Positions 17,565 to 27,489 of a stretch of 64,000 nt of DNA are shown here, piece by piece. The position numbers and the translations under genes were made by a program. The notes below the pieces were generated by a model. It was not told the DNA's origin, made no database searches, and saw only the letters and a list, made by a program, of their open reading frames with translations. The DNA is from Candidatus Zixiibacteriota bacterium. Its GTDB lineage: Bacteria > Chloroflexota > Limnocylindria > QHBO01. The DNA lies in assembly GCA_035687145.1 (NCBI GenBank), contig DASRYM010000051.1, positions 2,309-66,308 of the forward strand, in the 5' to 3' direction. Each line of letters begins with the position of its first letter. Within the stretch, counting starts at the first letter, position 1.

Positions 17565-18928
17565 TGGACCGATACGACCTGGTCGTCATCGGCGCGGGTG
17601 CCGGTGGCGAGGCGGCCGCCTACGAGGCCCGCGAGCTGGGGCTCAGCGTGGCGATCATCGAGAAGGACCTGTTCGGCGGCGGGTGCCCGTTCTGGCAGTG
17701 CATGCCCTCCAAGGCGCTGCTGCACGCCGCCGCCGTGCACCACGCCGGCGGCGACTACCCGTGGCCGAGGGCCAGCGCCTTCCGGGACTGGATGATCAAC
17801 CGCGAGGGCACCGACTACCCGGACGACGCCAGCCACGTGAAGAACCTGGAGGCCGCCGGCGCGGTTCCGATCCGCGGCGAGGCCCGCTTCCTGGGCGCCG
17901 ACCCGCTGTGCGTGGAGGTGGCCCGGCCTGACGGCGAGCGCCTGGAGCTCGAGGCGGGCAGCGTGGTGCTGGCGGTCGGGTCGCACGCGCGGATCCCGTC
18001 CCTGCCCGGCCTGGAAGGGGCTGATCCCTGGACCAACCGCCAGGGGACCTCGCTGCGCGAGCTGCCGGACGGGGTGGTGGTGTTGGGCGGCGGGCCCAGC
18101 GGCATGGAGCTCGCCCAGGTGTACGCCCGCTACGGGGTGCCGGTGACCCTGGTCCACCCGCGCGACCGCATCAACGACCGCGACCATCCCCGCTCCTCCG
18201 AGTACGTCGCCGAGGGCCTGCGCCGCGACGGCGTGGAGATCCGTCTCAACACCCGCGCGGTCGGCGTGCGGGCGCACGTCGGAACCAACGGCCGCCACGT
18301 GGTCGAACTGTCGGACGGCACCACGGCCGAGGGCGAGGCCATCCTGCTGACCATCGGCCGCGACATCCCGCTCGAGGCGCTGAACCTGGGCGCCATCGGC
18401 GTGGAGGTCCGTGACGGGCGGGTCACGCCGGACTCCGAGCTGCGCATCGCGCCCAACGTCTACGTCGCCGGTGACGTGGCCGGGCCAGAGCTGCACACCC
18501 ACATGGCCCACTACCAGGGCGAGATGGTGGCCCGCCTGGCCGCCGGCCGGGACGTCACGCCCGACCTGTCGGCCATCCCTCGCGCGACCTATACCGATCC
18601 CGAGACGGCCTCGGTCGGCCTGCTGGTGGAGCAGGCTCGGGAGCGCGGCATCGACGCCGTGGAGTACACCCAGGAGCTGGCTTCCACGGCCAAGGGCTAC
18701 GTCACCGAGGGCCGCGGCCACGTGACCATCGTGATCGACCGCGAACGCCGCACCCTGATCGGCGCCTACATGGCCGGTCCCGGGGTGAGCGAGGCCATCC
18801 ACGAGGCGGTGCTGGCGGTGAAGCTGCGCACGCCGCTGGCTGTACTGGCCGACACGATCCACGCCTTCCCCACCGTGGCGCGGGTCATGGGTGCGCTGTT
18901 CACCGCCGCCCACAAGGAGCTGGCATAG
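17564..18928 (+). CDS. Class I pyridine nucleotide-disulfide oxidoreductase (dihydrolipoyl dehydrogenase / mercuric reductase-like)
   Basis: DLVVIGAGAGG FAD motif and redox CxxxxC (GGGCPFWQCMPSK). TGATG overlap with hutI. The C-terminal HAFPT lacks the usual Glu. Confidence 0.8.
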   Translation: MDRYDLVVIGAGAGGEAAAYEARELGLSVAIIEKDLFGGGCPFWQCMPSKALLHAAAVHHAGGDYPWPRASAFRDWMINREGTDYPDDASHVKNLEAAGAVPIRGEARFLGADPLCVEVARPDGERLELEAGSVVLAVGSHARIPSLPGLEGADPWTNRQGTSLRELPDGVVVLGGGPSGMELAQVYARYGVPVTLVHPRDRINDRDHPRSSEYVAEGLRRDGVEIRLNTRAVGVRAHVGTNGRHVVELSDGTTAEGEAILLTIGRDIPLEALNLGAIGVEVRDGRVTPDSELRIAPNVYVAGDVAGPELHTHMAHYQGEMVARLAAGRDVTPDLSAIPRATYTDPETASVGLLVEQARERGIDAVEYTQELASTAKGYVTEGRGHVTIVIDRERRTLIGAYMAGPGVSEAIHEAVLAVKLRTPLAVLADTIHAFPTVARVMGALFTAAHKELA

Positions 18929-18965
18929 CCTCACGCGCAGCCCTGGCCGGTAGCATCCGGGGCCG

Positions 18966-19703
18966 ATGGAGCTGACGCTGGTCCTGGCCCTCCTCTTTCT
19001 CGCCGCGGCCGTGCTGTACGGGATGGTGGGGCACGCCGGTGCCTCGGCATACCTGGCGGCCATGGCCCTGGTGGGGCTGGACCCGGCCGTGATGCGGCCG
19101 ACCGCCCTGACCCTGAACATCCTGGTGGCGGTGATCGTCACCGCGCGCTTCGCGCGCGCCGGCTACGTGCGGCCGCGCTCGGCACTCCCCTTCCTGGTCG
19201 CCTCGGTGCCGGCAGCCTTCGTGGGAGGGATGGTCCACCTCCCGGGCGATGTGTACCGCCCTCTGGTGGGCGGCGTCCTCCTGTTCGCGGCGGCGCGCTT
19301 CGGCGTCACCGCCGGGCGACCGGCCGAGGAACGGCCGCCGAACGCCCCGCTGCCGGCGGCCATGGTCAGCGGCGGCTTGATCGGCCTGCTGGCTGGCCTG
19401 ACCGGCACCGGCGGCGGGATCTTCCTGACCCCGCTGCTGATCGCCGCCGGCTGGGCCGGTACCCGCTTCGCGGCCGGAACCTCGATCGTCTTCATCCTGG
19501 GCAACTCGATCGCGGGGTTGGCCGGCAACGTCGCCGCAGTCGGCGGGCTGCCACCCCAGATCGTCCTGTGGATGGCGGTGGTGGCGGCCGGCGGCGCCAT
19601 CGGCTCCGAGCTGGGCAGCCGCCGCCTCCCGGCGCCGTGGGTGCGCCGCGCGCTGGCGGTCGTGCTGGTGGTGGCCGGGCTGAAGCTGATCTTCCTGCCC
19701 TAG
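18966..19703 (+). CDS. TauE/SafE (TSUP, DUF81) family anion exporter
   Basis: 245-aa 7-8 TM protein. VGHAGASAYL and GTGGGIFLTPLL repeats are typical of TSUP. Confidence 0.8.
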   Translation: MELTLVLALLFLAAAVLYGMVGHAGASAYLAAMALVGLDPAVMRPTALTLNILVAVIVTARFARAGYVRPRSALPFLVASVPAAFVGGMVHLPGDVYRPLVGGVLLFAAARFGVTAGRPAEERPPNAPLPAAMVSGGLIGLLAGLTGTGGGIFLTPLLIAAGWAGTRFAAGTSIVFILGNSIAGLAGNVAAVGGLPPQIVLWMAVVAAGGAIGSELGSRRLPAPWVRRALAVVLVVAGLKLIFLP

Positions 19704-19715
19704 CGGGCCGATCGG

Positions 19716-21095
19716 TCAGCCGGCGAACAGGACGCCCGGGTTCAGCACGCCGTCGGGATCGAGCGCCCGCTTGATGGCGCGCATGGCGGCCACGTCGGCC
19801 GCGCCGCGGTCCGCCTCCAGCCAGGCCGTCTTGGCCACGCCGATGCCGTGCTCGGCGCTGATCGTGCCGCCGAAGGCGATGGCCAGCTCCAGCACGGCCG
19901 CATCCACCGTCTCGTCCTCGGGTGGCGGCCCGACCACGTTCACGTGCAGGTTCCCGTCCCCAACGTGCCCGTACAGGTAGACCGATGCCTCCGGCGCCAC
20001 CACCCGGATCGCCCGCTGCACCTCGCGCGCGTACTCCCCCATGCGCCCGATGGGCACCGCCACGTCCAGCTTGTGCGGCACGCCCGTGGCGTTGACCGAC
20101 TCGGTGTGCCGCTCGCGCAGCTCCCACAGGCGCCGCCGCTGCGCCTCGTCGCTGGCGATGACCGCGTCGCGCACCCGCTCGCCGGCCCGCTCGATGGCGG
20201 CGGCCAGCTCGTCGGTCGGGTCGGCGGCGCCATCGGCCTCGACCAGCAGGTATGCCGGGTGGGCCGCGCCGAACGGGTGGGCCAGGCCGGCGTGCCGCGT
20301 CACCAGCTGCAGCCCCTCCTCGAACATCAGCTCGGCAGCCAGCAGGTTGGGGAGCTGGCGACGCAGCTCGGCGGCCAGGGCGGCAACCTCGTCAGGCCCG
20401 TCCAGGGCCAGGAGGGCCGCCGCGCGGCGGGCCGGCAACGGGACGAGCCGCAGGCGCAGCCGGGTGATGACCGCCAGCGTCCCCTCCGAGCCAGCCAGCA
20501 GCGACGGCAGGTGGTAGCCGGTGTTGTCCTTCACCAGGCCCGGCAGGCGGCGCAGGACGGTGCCGTCGGCCAGCACTGCCTCGAAGCCGACGATCTGCCG
20601 GCGCATCGGTCCATGGCGCAGCACCTGGATGCCGCCGGCGTTGGTGGCCGCCATCCCGCCCAGCGTGGCGCTGTCCCGCGCGCCCAGGTCGACGCCGAAG
20701 GCGTACCCGGACGCCCGGGCATGGGCCTGGAGCGTGGCCAGGATGACACCCGCGCCAGCGGTCACCTCGGCGGCGAGGGCGTCCACCGGTTCAAGCTCGC
20801 GCAGCCGCGCCAGCGCGAGCACCAGCTGCGGTCGGTCCAGCTCGGTGCGCGGCACCGAGCCGCCCACCAGCCCGGTGTTGCCGCCCTGCGGGATCACGGC
20901 CACGCCCGCCTCGCGGCAGGCACGCAGCACGGCGGCCACCTCGTCGGTGCTGCCCGGGCGGACGACGGCGACGGCCTCGCCCCGCCAGCGTCGCGTCCAG
21001 TCCGTCTCGTGGCTGGCACGCAGGCCGGCATCGGTCAGGACGTGCGCGTCGCCCACGAGCCCGCGCAGGATGGCCAGCAGGGCGCCGTCGATCAT
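19716..21095 (-). CDS. FAD-linked oxidase (GlcD / D-lactate dehydrogenase family)
   Basis: VVRPGSTDEVAAVLRACREAGVAVIPQGGNTGLVGGSVP FAD-binding PCMH domain and C-terminal SAEHGIG. Start taken at MIDGALL (21095); 21155 or 21233 are possible. Confidence 0.85.
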   Translation of the reverse strand: MIDGALLAILRGLVGDAHVLTDAGLRASHETDWTRRWRGEAVAVVRPGSTDEVAAVLRACREAGVAVIPQGGNTGLVGGSVPRTELDRPQLVLALARLRELEPVDALAAEVTAGAGVILATLQAHARASGYAFGVDLGARDSATLGGMAATNAGGIQVLRHGPMRRQIVGFEAVLADGTVLRRLPGLVKDNTGYHLPSLLAGSEGTLAVITRLRLRLVPLPARRAAALLALDGPDEVAALAAELRRQLPNLLAAELMFEEGLQLVTRHAGLAHPFGAAHPAYLLVEADGAADPTDELAAAIERAGERVRDAVIASDEAQRRRLWELRERHTESVNATGVPHKLDVAVPIGRMGEYAREVQRAIRVVAPEASVYLYGHVGDGNLHVNVVGPPPEDETVDAAVLELAIAFGGTISAEHGIGVAKTAWLEADRGAADVAAMRAIKRALDPDGVLNPGVLFAG

Positions 21096-21182
21096 GGGTG
21101 CATCGTGCCACGCGCGGTGGTGCTCGTCCGGTTCCGGTCGTTCGTCCCCCAGCATCAAGCCGGCCGTATGCGTGGGCTGTCT

Positions 21183-21581
21183 GGGACGGCCACCATCGGG
21201 GGTTCGTAGACGGGGGGCGACTGGAACGGCCACGCTGACCCTCGGATAGTCACCGGGCGTATGGACCGGGCAGGCTGGAGGTCCTGAAGGTGGCCGGTTC
21301 AGTCAGGGGCCGTATATCGGGCCCTCTGGGTGGCCGATACAGTCGTGGGCCGAATACCGGCCGGGGCGCCGGGGCGCGCAGTCGTGCGGTGGATGGAACG
21401 GCCACCATCGGCCCATCCGTATCCGGGGGCTGACTGGAACGGCCACGCTGACCCTCGGATAGTCACCGGGCGTATGGACCGGGCAGGCTGGAGGCCCTGA
21501 AGGTGGCCGGTTCAGTCATGGGCCGCATATCGGGCCCTCTGGGTGGCAGGTACAGTCGTGGGGCGTATACCGGCCGGGGCG
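21183..21581. repeat. Two tandem direct repeat units (about 190 bp each, 213-bp period) made of AGTC-anchored sub-repeats
   Basis: The 150-nt cores at 21219-21368 and 21432-21581 differ at 7 positions by eye (about 95% identical). AGTC recurs at 21248, 21301, 21341, 21380, 21461, 21514 and 21554 (spacings 53/40/39/81/53/40). Confidence 0.9.
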
Positions 21582-21620
21582 ATTTGGCAATCCACCCGCG
21601 CCCTGTCAGGATCGGGGCCG

Positions 21621-22643
21621 ATGTCCGAGCTCCCGCTCCTCCCGCGCGACGCACTGGACCGGCCGCTGCACGACCTGCGGATCAGCGTCACCGACCGCTG
21701 CAACTTCCGGTGCGTGTACTGCATGCCGCGGGCGGTGTTCGGCCCGGACCACGCCTTCCTGCCGCGCGCCGCGCTGCTCACCTTCGAGGAGATCGCGCGG
21801 CTGGTCCGCATCTTCACCGCGCTCGGGGTGGAGAAGGTGCGCCTCACCGGCGGCGAGCCGCTGGTGCGCCGCGAGATCGAGACCCTGGTCGCCATGCTGG
21901 CCGAGATCCCGGGCGTGCGCGACCTGACCATGACCACCAACGGCTCGCTGCTGCCGCGCCACGCGCGGGCCCTGAAGGCGGCTGGCCTGCAGCGGGTCAC
22001 CATCAGCCTGGACGCCGATGACGACGAAACCTTCGGTCGATTGAACGACGCCGGGGTCCCGGTGTCCGCGGTGATGGCCGGCATCGAGGCCGCCGAGGAG
22101 GCCGGGCTGGGCCCGATCAAGATCAACATGGTCGTGAAGCGCGGCTGGAACGAGCACGCCATCCTGCCCATGGCCCGTCGCTTCCGGGGGACGGGGCGCA
22201 TCCTGCGCTTCATCGAGTACATGGACGTCGGCACCTCGAATGGCTGGCGCCTGGACGACGTCGTCACCGCGGACGAGATCCTGCGCACCATCTCGACCGA
22301 ATTCCCCCTGGAGCCGATGCCGCCCGCGCACCCCGGCGAGGTGGCCGAGCGCTACCGCTACGTCGACGGTGGCGGCGAGATCGGGATCATCGCCAGCGTG
22401 TCCCGTCCCTTCTGCGGTGACTGCTCGCGGCTCCGCCTCTCCGCCGACGGCCGGCTCTACACCTGCCTGTTCGCCGCCGCCGGCCACGACCTGCGCGCGC
22501 TGCTGCGGAACGGCGCCAGCGATGCCGAGCTGGAGGCCGCGCTGCGACGCATCTGGGCGGTGCGGGACGACCGTTACAGCGAGCTACGCAGCGAGGAGAC
22601 CGCGGCGCTGCCGAAGGTCGAGATGAGCTACATCGGCGGCTGA
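21621..22643 (+). CDS. moaA: GTP 3',8-cyclase (molybdenum cofactor biosynthesis protein A, radical SAM)
   Basis: [17 protein letters not shown] (CxxxCxxC), GGEPLVRR, a C-terminal second cluster ([18 protein letters not shown]) and a GG tail. Confidence 0.95.
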   Translation: MSELPLLPRDALDRPLHDLRISVTDRCNFRCVYCMPRAVFGPDHAFLPRAALLTFEEIARLVRIFTALGVEKVRLTGGEPLVRREIETLVAMLAEIPGVRDLTMTTNGSLLPRHARALKAAGLQRVTISLDADDDETFGRLNDAGVPVSAVMAGIEAAEEAGLGPIKINMVVKRGWNEHAILPMARRFRGTGRILRFIEYMDVGTSNGWRLDDVVTADEILRTISTEFPLEPMPPAHPGEVAERYRYVDGGGEIGIIASVSRPFCGDCSRLRLSADGRLYTCLFAAAGHDLRALLRNGASDAELEAALRRIWAVRDDRYSELRSEETAALPKVEMSYIGG

Positions 22644-23665
22644 TCGCCGTGGATCGGGCCGGGCCGATCCCGCAGCGGGCGCCCGGACCGGCCGCGCATG
22701 ACCGCCAGGATCTCGGCCACGATGGCGCGCGCCACCTCCTCCGGGCCCTCGGCGCCGATGTCAAGGCCGGCCGGCGCGTGCAGCCGCTCCATGGCCTCCG
22801 GGCGCCCGATCTCGCCGAGCATCTGCTCGGTCCGCCCGCGCGGGCCGAGCACTCCGAAGTAGGCCGGCTCCACGCCCGCCTCCAGGAAGGAGCGCAGGTA
22901 GGCCTGGTCGCGCAGGTAGTTGTGGCTCATCAGCACGATCGCCGTGCGCCCGTCCACGGGGACGGCCTCGGCGATCCGCTCCGGGTCGGCGTCGCAGAAG
23001 TCGGCCGCGCCCGGGAAGCGCTCGTGGGTGAGCAGCGCCCGCCGCACGTCGGCGACGGTCACCCGCCAGCCCAGCTCGGCGGCCTGGCGCACCAGCGGGA
23101 TCGCGTCGTGGCCGGCGGCGCAGACCACCAGGTGGGGCGTCGGCAGCATCGGCTCGTAGAAGACGCGCTCGCCATCCGCCGACTCCTCCACCCTCGGCGT
23201 GCCGGCCGCCAGCGCCGCGCCAGCGGCGCCATCGGTCCCGAACCAGCGCGTCCCCGTGCGAGGACCGCTGATCACCGTGACCAGCACCGTCGGCTCCCCG
23301 GCCAGCGCCGCCCGCAGGGCCCGGGCGTGCTCCACCGCCCCCTGGGTGGGCTCCACGTACAGCTCGATCGCCCCGTTGCAGCCCAGGCCGTAGCCCCACA
23401 CCGCGTCGTCCTCGGCGGTCAGGTCGAACTCCACGGTCCGCGCCTCACCCGTCCGCAGCACCTCGCGGCCGATGCGGGCCACGTCGCCCTCCAGGCAGCC
23501 GCCGGAGATGTTGCCGATCGGCTCGCCGGACTCGGGCACCAGCAGGCGCGCCCCCGCCCGACGGTAGGTGGAGCCGCGGGTGGCCACGATGGTGGCCAGG
23601 GCCATCGGCTCGCCGCGGGCCGCGCGCTCCTCGATGGCGTCCAGGATGTCGGTCAGCTCGGACAT
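22628..23665 (-). CDS. XdhC/CoxI-family molybdoenzyme maturation (accessory) protein
   Basis: [21 protein letters not shown]...[13 protein letters not shown]-terminal XdhC_CoxI domain plus a C-terminal Rossmann-like domain. Convergent 16-nt overlap with moaA. Confidence 0.85.
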   Translation of the reverse strand: MSELTDILDAIEERAARGEPMALATIVATRGSTYRRAGARLLVPESGEPIGNISGGCLEGDVARIGREVLRTGEARTVEFDLTAEDDAVWGYGLGCNGAIELYVEPTQGAVEHARALRAALAGEPTVLVTVISGPRTGTRWFGTDGAAGAALAAGTPRVEESADGERVFYEPMLPTPHLVVCAAGHDAIPLVRQAAELGWRVTVADVRRALLTHERFPGAADFCDADPERIAEAVPVDGRTAIVLMSHNYLRDQAYLRSFLEAGVEPAYFGVLGPRGRTEQMLGEIGRPEAMERLHAPAGLDIGAEGPEEVARAIVAEILAVMRGRSGRPLRDRPGPIHGDQPPM

Positions 23666-23714
23666 GGGTGCCGATCGTACGCCAGCGCCGCGGACACGCC
23701 GCAGGCCGATCCGG

Positions 23715-24968
23715 TCAGGCAGGTCGGAACACGAGGGCGGCGTTCAGGCCACCGAAGCCGAAGGAGGTCGACAGCGCCGCGGCCGGGCGGGCCGCCATCG
23801 GCTGCCGCAGGACGTTGAGGCGCACCTCGGGGTCGAGCTCCTGCAGGTTGCAGGTTCCCGGCAGCAGGCCGTGGCACAGGGCCAGGACGGCGATCGCCGC
23901 CTCGATCGCCCCGGAGGCACCCAGCGGATGGCCGTACAGCCCCTTCGTCCCCGAGACCGGCACGCTCTCCGCGCGCGACCCCAGCGCCAGGTGCAGGGCG
24001 CGCGCCTCGGCCACCTCGTTGAGCGGCGTGGACGAGGCGTGGGCGTTGACGTAGCCGATCTCCTCGGCGCTCACCCCGCCGTCGGCCAGCGCGGCCCGGA
24101 CCGCGGCCGCGGCCGCCTCGCCGGAGGGGAGCGGCGCCGTCAGGTGGTAGGCGTCGGCCGAGGCGCCGAACCCGACCACCTCGCCCAGCACGTGCGCCCC
24201 GCGCTCCAGGGCGGCGTCCAGCGGCTCCAGCGCCAGCACCGCCGCACCCTCGGCCATCACGAACCCGTCGCGCCCCACGTCGAACGGCCGCGACGCCGTG
24301 GCCGGGTCGTCGTTGCGACCGGAGAGCACCCGGATCATGGCGAAGGCGCCGAAGGTGAGCGGCGCCAGCGGCGCCTCGGCCCCTCCCGCCAGCGCCGCGT
24401 CCACCACGCCGGCGCGAATTGCCTGGAAGGCCTGCCCGATGGCCATCGCCCCGGAGGCGCAGGAGTTGGCGTTCCCCACCGCCGGGCCGCGCACTCCCAG
24501 GTCGATGGCCACGTTGGAGGCCCCGGCCCCGCCGAAGACGGCGGTGGCCAGGGTGGGCGCCACGGCCCGCACGCCACGCGCCACGTAGGCGGCGTGCTGC
24601 TCCTCGCCGAAGGCGACGCCGCCCAGCGCGGAGCCGATCCACACGCCGGTGCGGTCCGGCGCAGGGGCCGCTCCATCGGTCCAGCCGGCGTGCTCAACGG
24701 CCATGCGCGAGGCGGCCACCGACAGCTGGCTGAAGCGGTCCAGTCGCCGTGCGCGACGCGCGTCCAGGTGATCCTCCGGCCGGAAGTCGGTGATCTGCGC
24801 CGCCACCCGCGAGGGAAAGGCTGAGGCGTCGAAGCGGTCCAGCTCGGCGACCGCCGAGCGGTTGGCCAGCACGCCCTCCCACAGCCCGCGGGCGCCATGA
24901 CCGATGGGCGTCACGGCGCCGATACCGGTCACCGCCACCCGCCGCGGCGCCCCGTCCACGGCCTTCAC
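23715..24968 (-). CDS. Beta-ketoacyl synthase, KAS I/II (FabF-like)
   Basis: RVAVTGIGAVTPIG, active-site NSCASGAMAIG, VNAHASSTPLNE and GHPLGASGA (Cys-His-His triad intact). GTG start overlaps the upstream stop (GTGA). Confidence 0.9.
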   Translation of the reverse strand: MKAVDGAPRRVAVTGIGAVTPIGHGARGLWEGVLANRSAVAELDRFDASAFPSRVAAQITDFRPEDHLDARRARRLDRFSQLSVAASRMAVEHAGWTDGAAPAPDRTGVWIGSALGGVAFGEEQHAAYVARGVRAVAPTLATAVFGGAGASNVAIDLGVRGPAVGNANSCASGAMAIGQAFQAIRAGVVDAALAGGAEAPLAPLTFGAFAMIRVLSGRNDDPATASRPFDVGRDGFVMAEGAAVLALEPLDAALERGAHVLGEVVGFGASADAYHLTAPLPSGEAAAAAVRAALADGGVSAEEIGYVNAHASSTPLNEVAEARALHLALGSRAESVPVSGTKGLYGHPLGASGAIEAAIAVLALCHGLLPGTCNLQELDPEVRLNVLRQPMAARPAAALSTSFGFGGLNAALVFRPA

Positions 24969-25426
24969 GACCCGGCCTCGGCCAGGGCCTTCACCCGGCG
25001 CAGGGTGCGCCCGGCGACGGCCTCGATGAACTGCGGACCGATGACGTGGCGCGCGACCAGGTCGCCGATCAGCGGCCAGCGCAACTCGAGGTCGTGGTGG
25101 ATGGCGACGTTCCAGACGTCCGAACTCCCGGCAGCCGCTCCGTCCGGCTCGAAGACCCAGGCCACCCGCATGCCGCGCGTCACGCCGCCGGTGTGCACGA
25201 ACTCGATGCGCCGCTGTTCGGGGAGGGGCCGCTGGACCGCCTCCCAGCTGACCGGGATGCGGCCGCGGCGCGCGCCCATGGCGAAGCGGCGCTCCCCGTG
25301 GGGATCGGGAACGGGGCGGACGTAGCGGTAGTGCGGGAGCAGCTGCGGCCAGCGCTCGACCTCGGCCGCCAGGCCAAAGATGCGCTCGTACGGCGCCCTG
25401 ATCCGGATCCGCGTCACGCTGTGCAC
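24965..25426 (-). CDS. SRPBCC (START / polyketide cyclase-dehydrase / Coq10-RatA-like) domain protein
   Basis: About 150-aa protein with VTRIRIRAPYERIFGLAAEVERWPQLLPHY, typical of Polyketide_cyc2/SRPBCC. Start taken at GTG 25426, 11 nt after the upstream stop; 25480 is possible. Confidence 0.7.
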   Translation of the reverse strand: MHSVTRIRIRAPYERIFGLAAEVERWPQLLPHYRYVRPVPDPHGERRFAMGARRGRIPVSWEAVQRPLPEQRRIEFVHTGGVTRGMRVAWVFEPDGAAAGSSDVWNVAIHHDLELRWPLIGDLVARHVIGPQFIEAVAGRTLRRVKALAEAGS

Positions 25427-25436
25427 GTCACGGCCC

Positions 25437-26621
25437 TCACGGACGCAGGACCCGGGCCAGGAAGGCCGGCGACAACGCACCGCTGGCCGGCCGGCAGTCC
25501 CCCAGGGCCGATCCCAGCCGCAGTGCCAGCTCCGGGCGCGCGGCCAGGCGGCGCAGGGCGTACCCGAACAGCGGCGGCGCGGCCAGCATGCCCTGCACCA
25601 CCCAGGTCAGGGCATCCTTGGCGGCGAAGGCGCGCCGGCGCTCGGTGCGGTAGCGGTCAGCGGCCGCGTCGTCCAGGCCGGCCAGCAGCGCGTCGGCGGC
25701 GGCGCGCGCCGAGCGCAGGGCGCGGTAGATGCCCTCCCCGGTGAAGGGGTCGATGAAGCCGGCGGCGTCGCCGACCAGCATCCATCCGCGGCCCGCCGGC
25801 GCGCGCACCCGGTGGCCGATCGGCGAGGCGCCGCGGATCGGGGTCAGGCGCTCGGCCTCCCGCAGCCGCTCGGCCACGGCCGGCAACCCGCGGATGGCGG
25901 CGGCGAAGCGCTCCTCGGCCGGCTCCCGCGTCCCGTTCAGCGGCAGCGCCATACCCACGTTCAGCCGGCCGCCGGCCAGCGGCGCCAGCCCGACGTAGTA
26001 GCCGTTCCCCACGTGCATCTCCCCGTGGTCGTCCAGCTCCGGCAGGCCGGAGTAGTGGGCCACCAGCCCCAGCCGTCGCGGCCGGACGGCGGCCACGCCC
26101 TCCACCGAGAGCCGCTGGGCCACCCGCGAGCGGGCGCCGTCCGCGCCGATCAGCCAGTCGCAGCGCACGGTCAGGCGTCCGGCGGCGGTGCGCAGGGTGG
26201 CGCCGGCCACCCGGCCGTCCCGCCATCGCGCGTCCTCGAAGGCGGCGCGCTCCATGAGCCGCGCACCACAGGTCATCGCGTGGGCGGCCAGGGTGGCGTC
26301 GAAGCGCTGCCGCTCCACGCCCCAGGCCGGCCGCGGGCCGCGGCCGTCTGCGTACTGCATGAGCACCGAAGCGCCCCCGTGAATCACCCGCATGCCGCGC
26401 AGCGGCAGCGCCTCGCCCTGCCACGCCTCCGACGGCAGCCCCAGCCGGTCCAGCTCCTCGACGATCCGCGGGCTGGCGTACTCGGCGCAGGCCTTCGGGC
26501 GCGGGTGCGCGGCCGACTCGACCAGCAGCACGTCCAGCCCGGCACGGGCCAGGGGCGCGGCCACCGCCGATCCGGCCGGCCCGGCCCCGACCACCAGGAC
26601 GTCGCAGCGCAGGTCGCTCAT
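25437..26621 (-). CDS. FAD-dependent oxidoreductase, geranylgeranyl reductase family
   Basis: CDVLVVGAGPAGSAVA dinucleotide motif, LIGADGARSRVA, and a GD motif (VGDAAGFIDPFTGEGI). ATG at 26621. Confidence 0.85.
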   Translation of the reverse strand: MSDLRCDVLVVGAGPAGSAVAAPLARAGLDVLLVESAAHPRPKACAEYASPRIVEELDRLGLPSEAWQGEALPLRGMRVIHGGASVLMQYADGRGPRPAWGVERQRFDATLAAHAMTCGARLMERAAFEDARWRDGRVAGATLRTAAGRLTVRCDWLIGADGARSRVAQRLSVEGVAAVRPRRLGLVAHYSGLPELDDHGEMHVGNGYYVGLAPLAGGRLNVGMALPLNGTREPAEERFAAAIRGLPAVAERLREAERLTPIRGASPIGHRVRAPAGRGWMLVGDAAGFIDPFTGEGIYRALRSARAAADALLAGLDDAAADRYRTERRRAFAAKDALTWVVQGMLAAPPLFGYALRRLAARPELALRLGSALGDCRPASGALSPAFLARVLRP

Positions 26622-27331
26622 CGGTACACGCTGGTGACGCGTGGCTGCCAGCCCGGCGTCCGCCACGCCAGGCGGAGACCGGCCTCGGCCGCCAGGCCGT
26701 CCAGCTCGCCCAGGGTGTAGGCGCGGCGCGCCGAGACCACGCCGTCGTGGCGGGTGTAGCGCCCTCGACTCAGGGCCAGCACCGTGACGGAGGTGACCAG
26801 CTGCGCCACGCGCCCGCGGCGCAGGTCGTTGATGAGCACCGCCCTGGTCGCCACCCGCCGCAGCTCGCGGAGCGCGGCCACGGCATCGGGCTCGTCCAGG
26901 TGGTGGATGAGCAGCGAGGCGTGCGCCACCGCCACGGAGCGGTCTGGCAGGGGCAGGGCGCGGACATCGGCCTCCAGGAAGCGCACACCGTTGGTATCGC
27001 GCAGGTTACGGCGCGCCTCGGCCAGCACCTCGCGGCGCAGGTCGCTGACGATCACGCAGCCGACGCCGGTCGACACCAGGCGACGGGCGAGGTCCCCGCG
27101 GCCGGCCCCGGCATCAAGGACGGTGGCATCGGCTCGCCTCCCGGCGTCGTCCAGCTCGCGGAGGACCGCCCCAAGGCTGGCGCCCAGCCCGCCCGGGAGC
27201 CGGTTGAGCATGGCCATTTCGCGCAGGTTGATGCGCAGCTCGCGAGGGTCGAGCTCCTCGGCGTCGAGGAGCTCCTGCTCGGCGGAGCGCCCCAGGTTCC
27301 GACCGGGGAGGACGAAGCTCCACCTGGCCAT
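26618..27331 (-). CDS. Class I SAM-dependent methyltransferase
   Basis: VLDAGAGRGDLA motif I; 237 aa. ATGA overlap with the downstream reductase gene. Confidence 0.8.
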   Translation of the reverse strand: MARWSFVLPGRNLGRSAEQELLDAEELDPRELRINLREMAMLNRLPGGLGASLGAVLRELDDAGRRADATVLDAGAGRGDLARRLVSTGVGCVIVSDLRREVLAEARRNLRDTNGVRFLEADVRALPLPDRSVAVAHASLLIHHLDEPDAVAALRELRRVATRAVLINDLRRGRVAQLVTSVTVLALSRGRYTRHDGVVSARRAYTLGELDGLAAEAGLRLAWRTPGWQPRVTSVYR

Positions 27332-27489
27332 GGTGGACCGATGCTACCGCACACGGCGCGCGCCGCCATGAACGGCGGCCTGGGAAGTGGCACGGTTGAT
27401 GCCCCCGGCTGTCGAGAAGAGATTGGATGGCGAACGGGCAGGCTCTTTGGCCGCCCTCGCCGTTTGCCTGGACGAGGACGGAGACGCAC

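Noticed and set aside
21183-21581. Possible CRISPR array or Moco riboswitch
   Set aside because: It is not a CRISPR array: there are only two long units, the sub-repeat spacing is irregular (39-81 nt), the sub-repeats are degenerate, and there are no cas genes. I could not recognise the conserved Moco-motif elements from memory, so the riboswitch idea is left as an open question in the finding, not a call.
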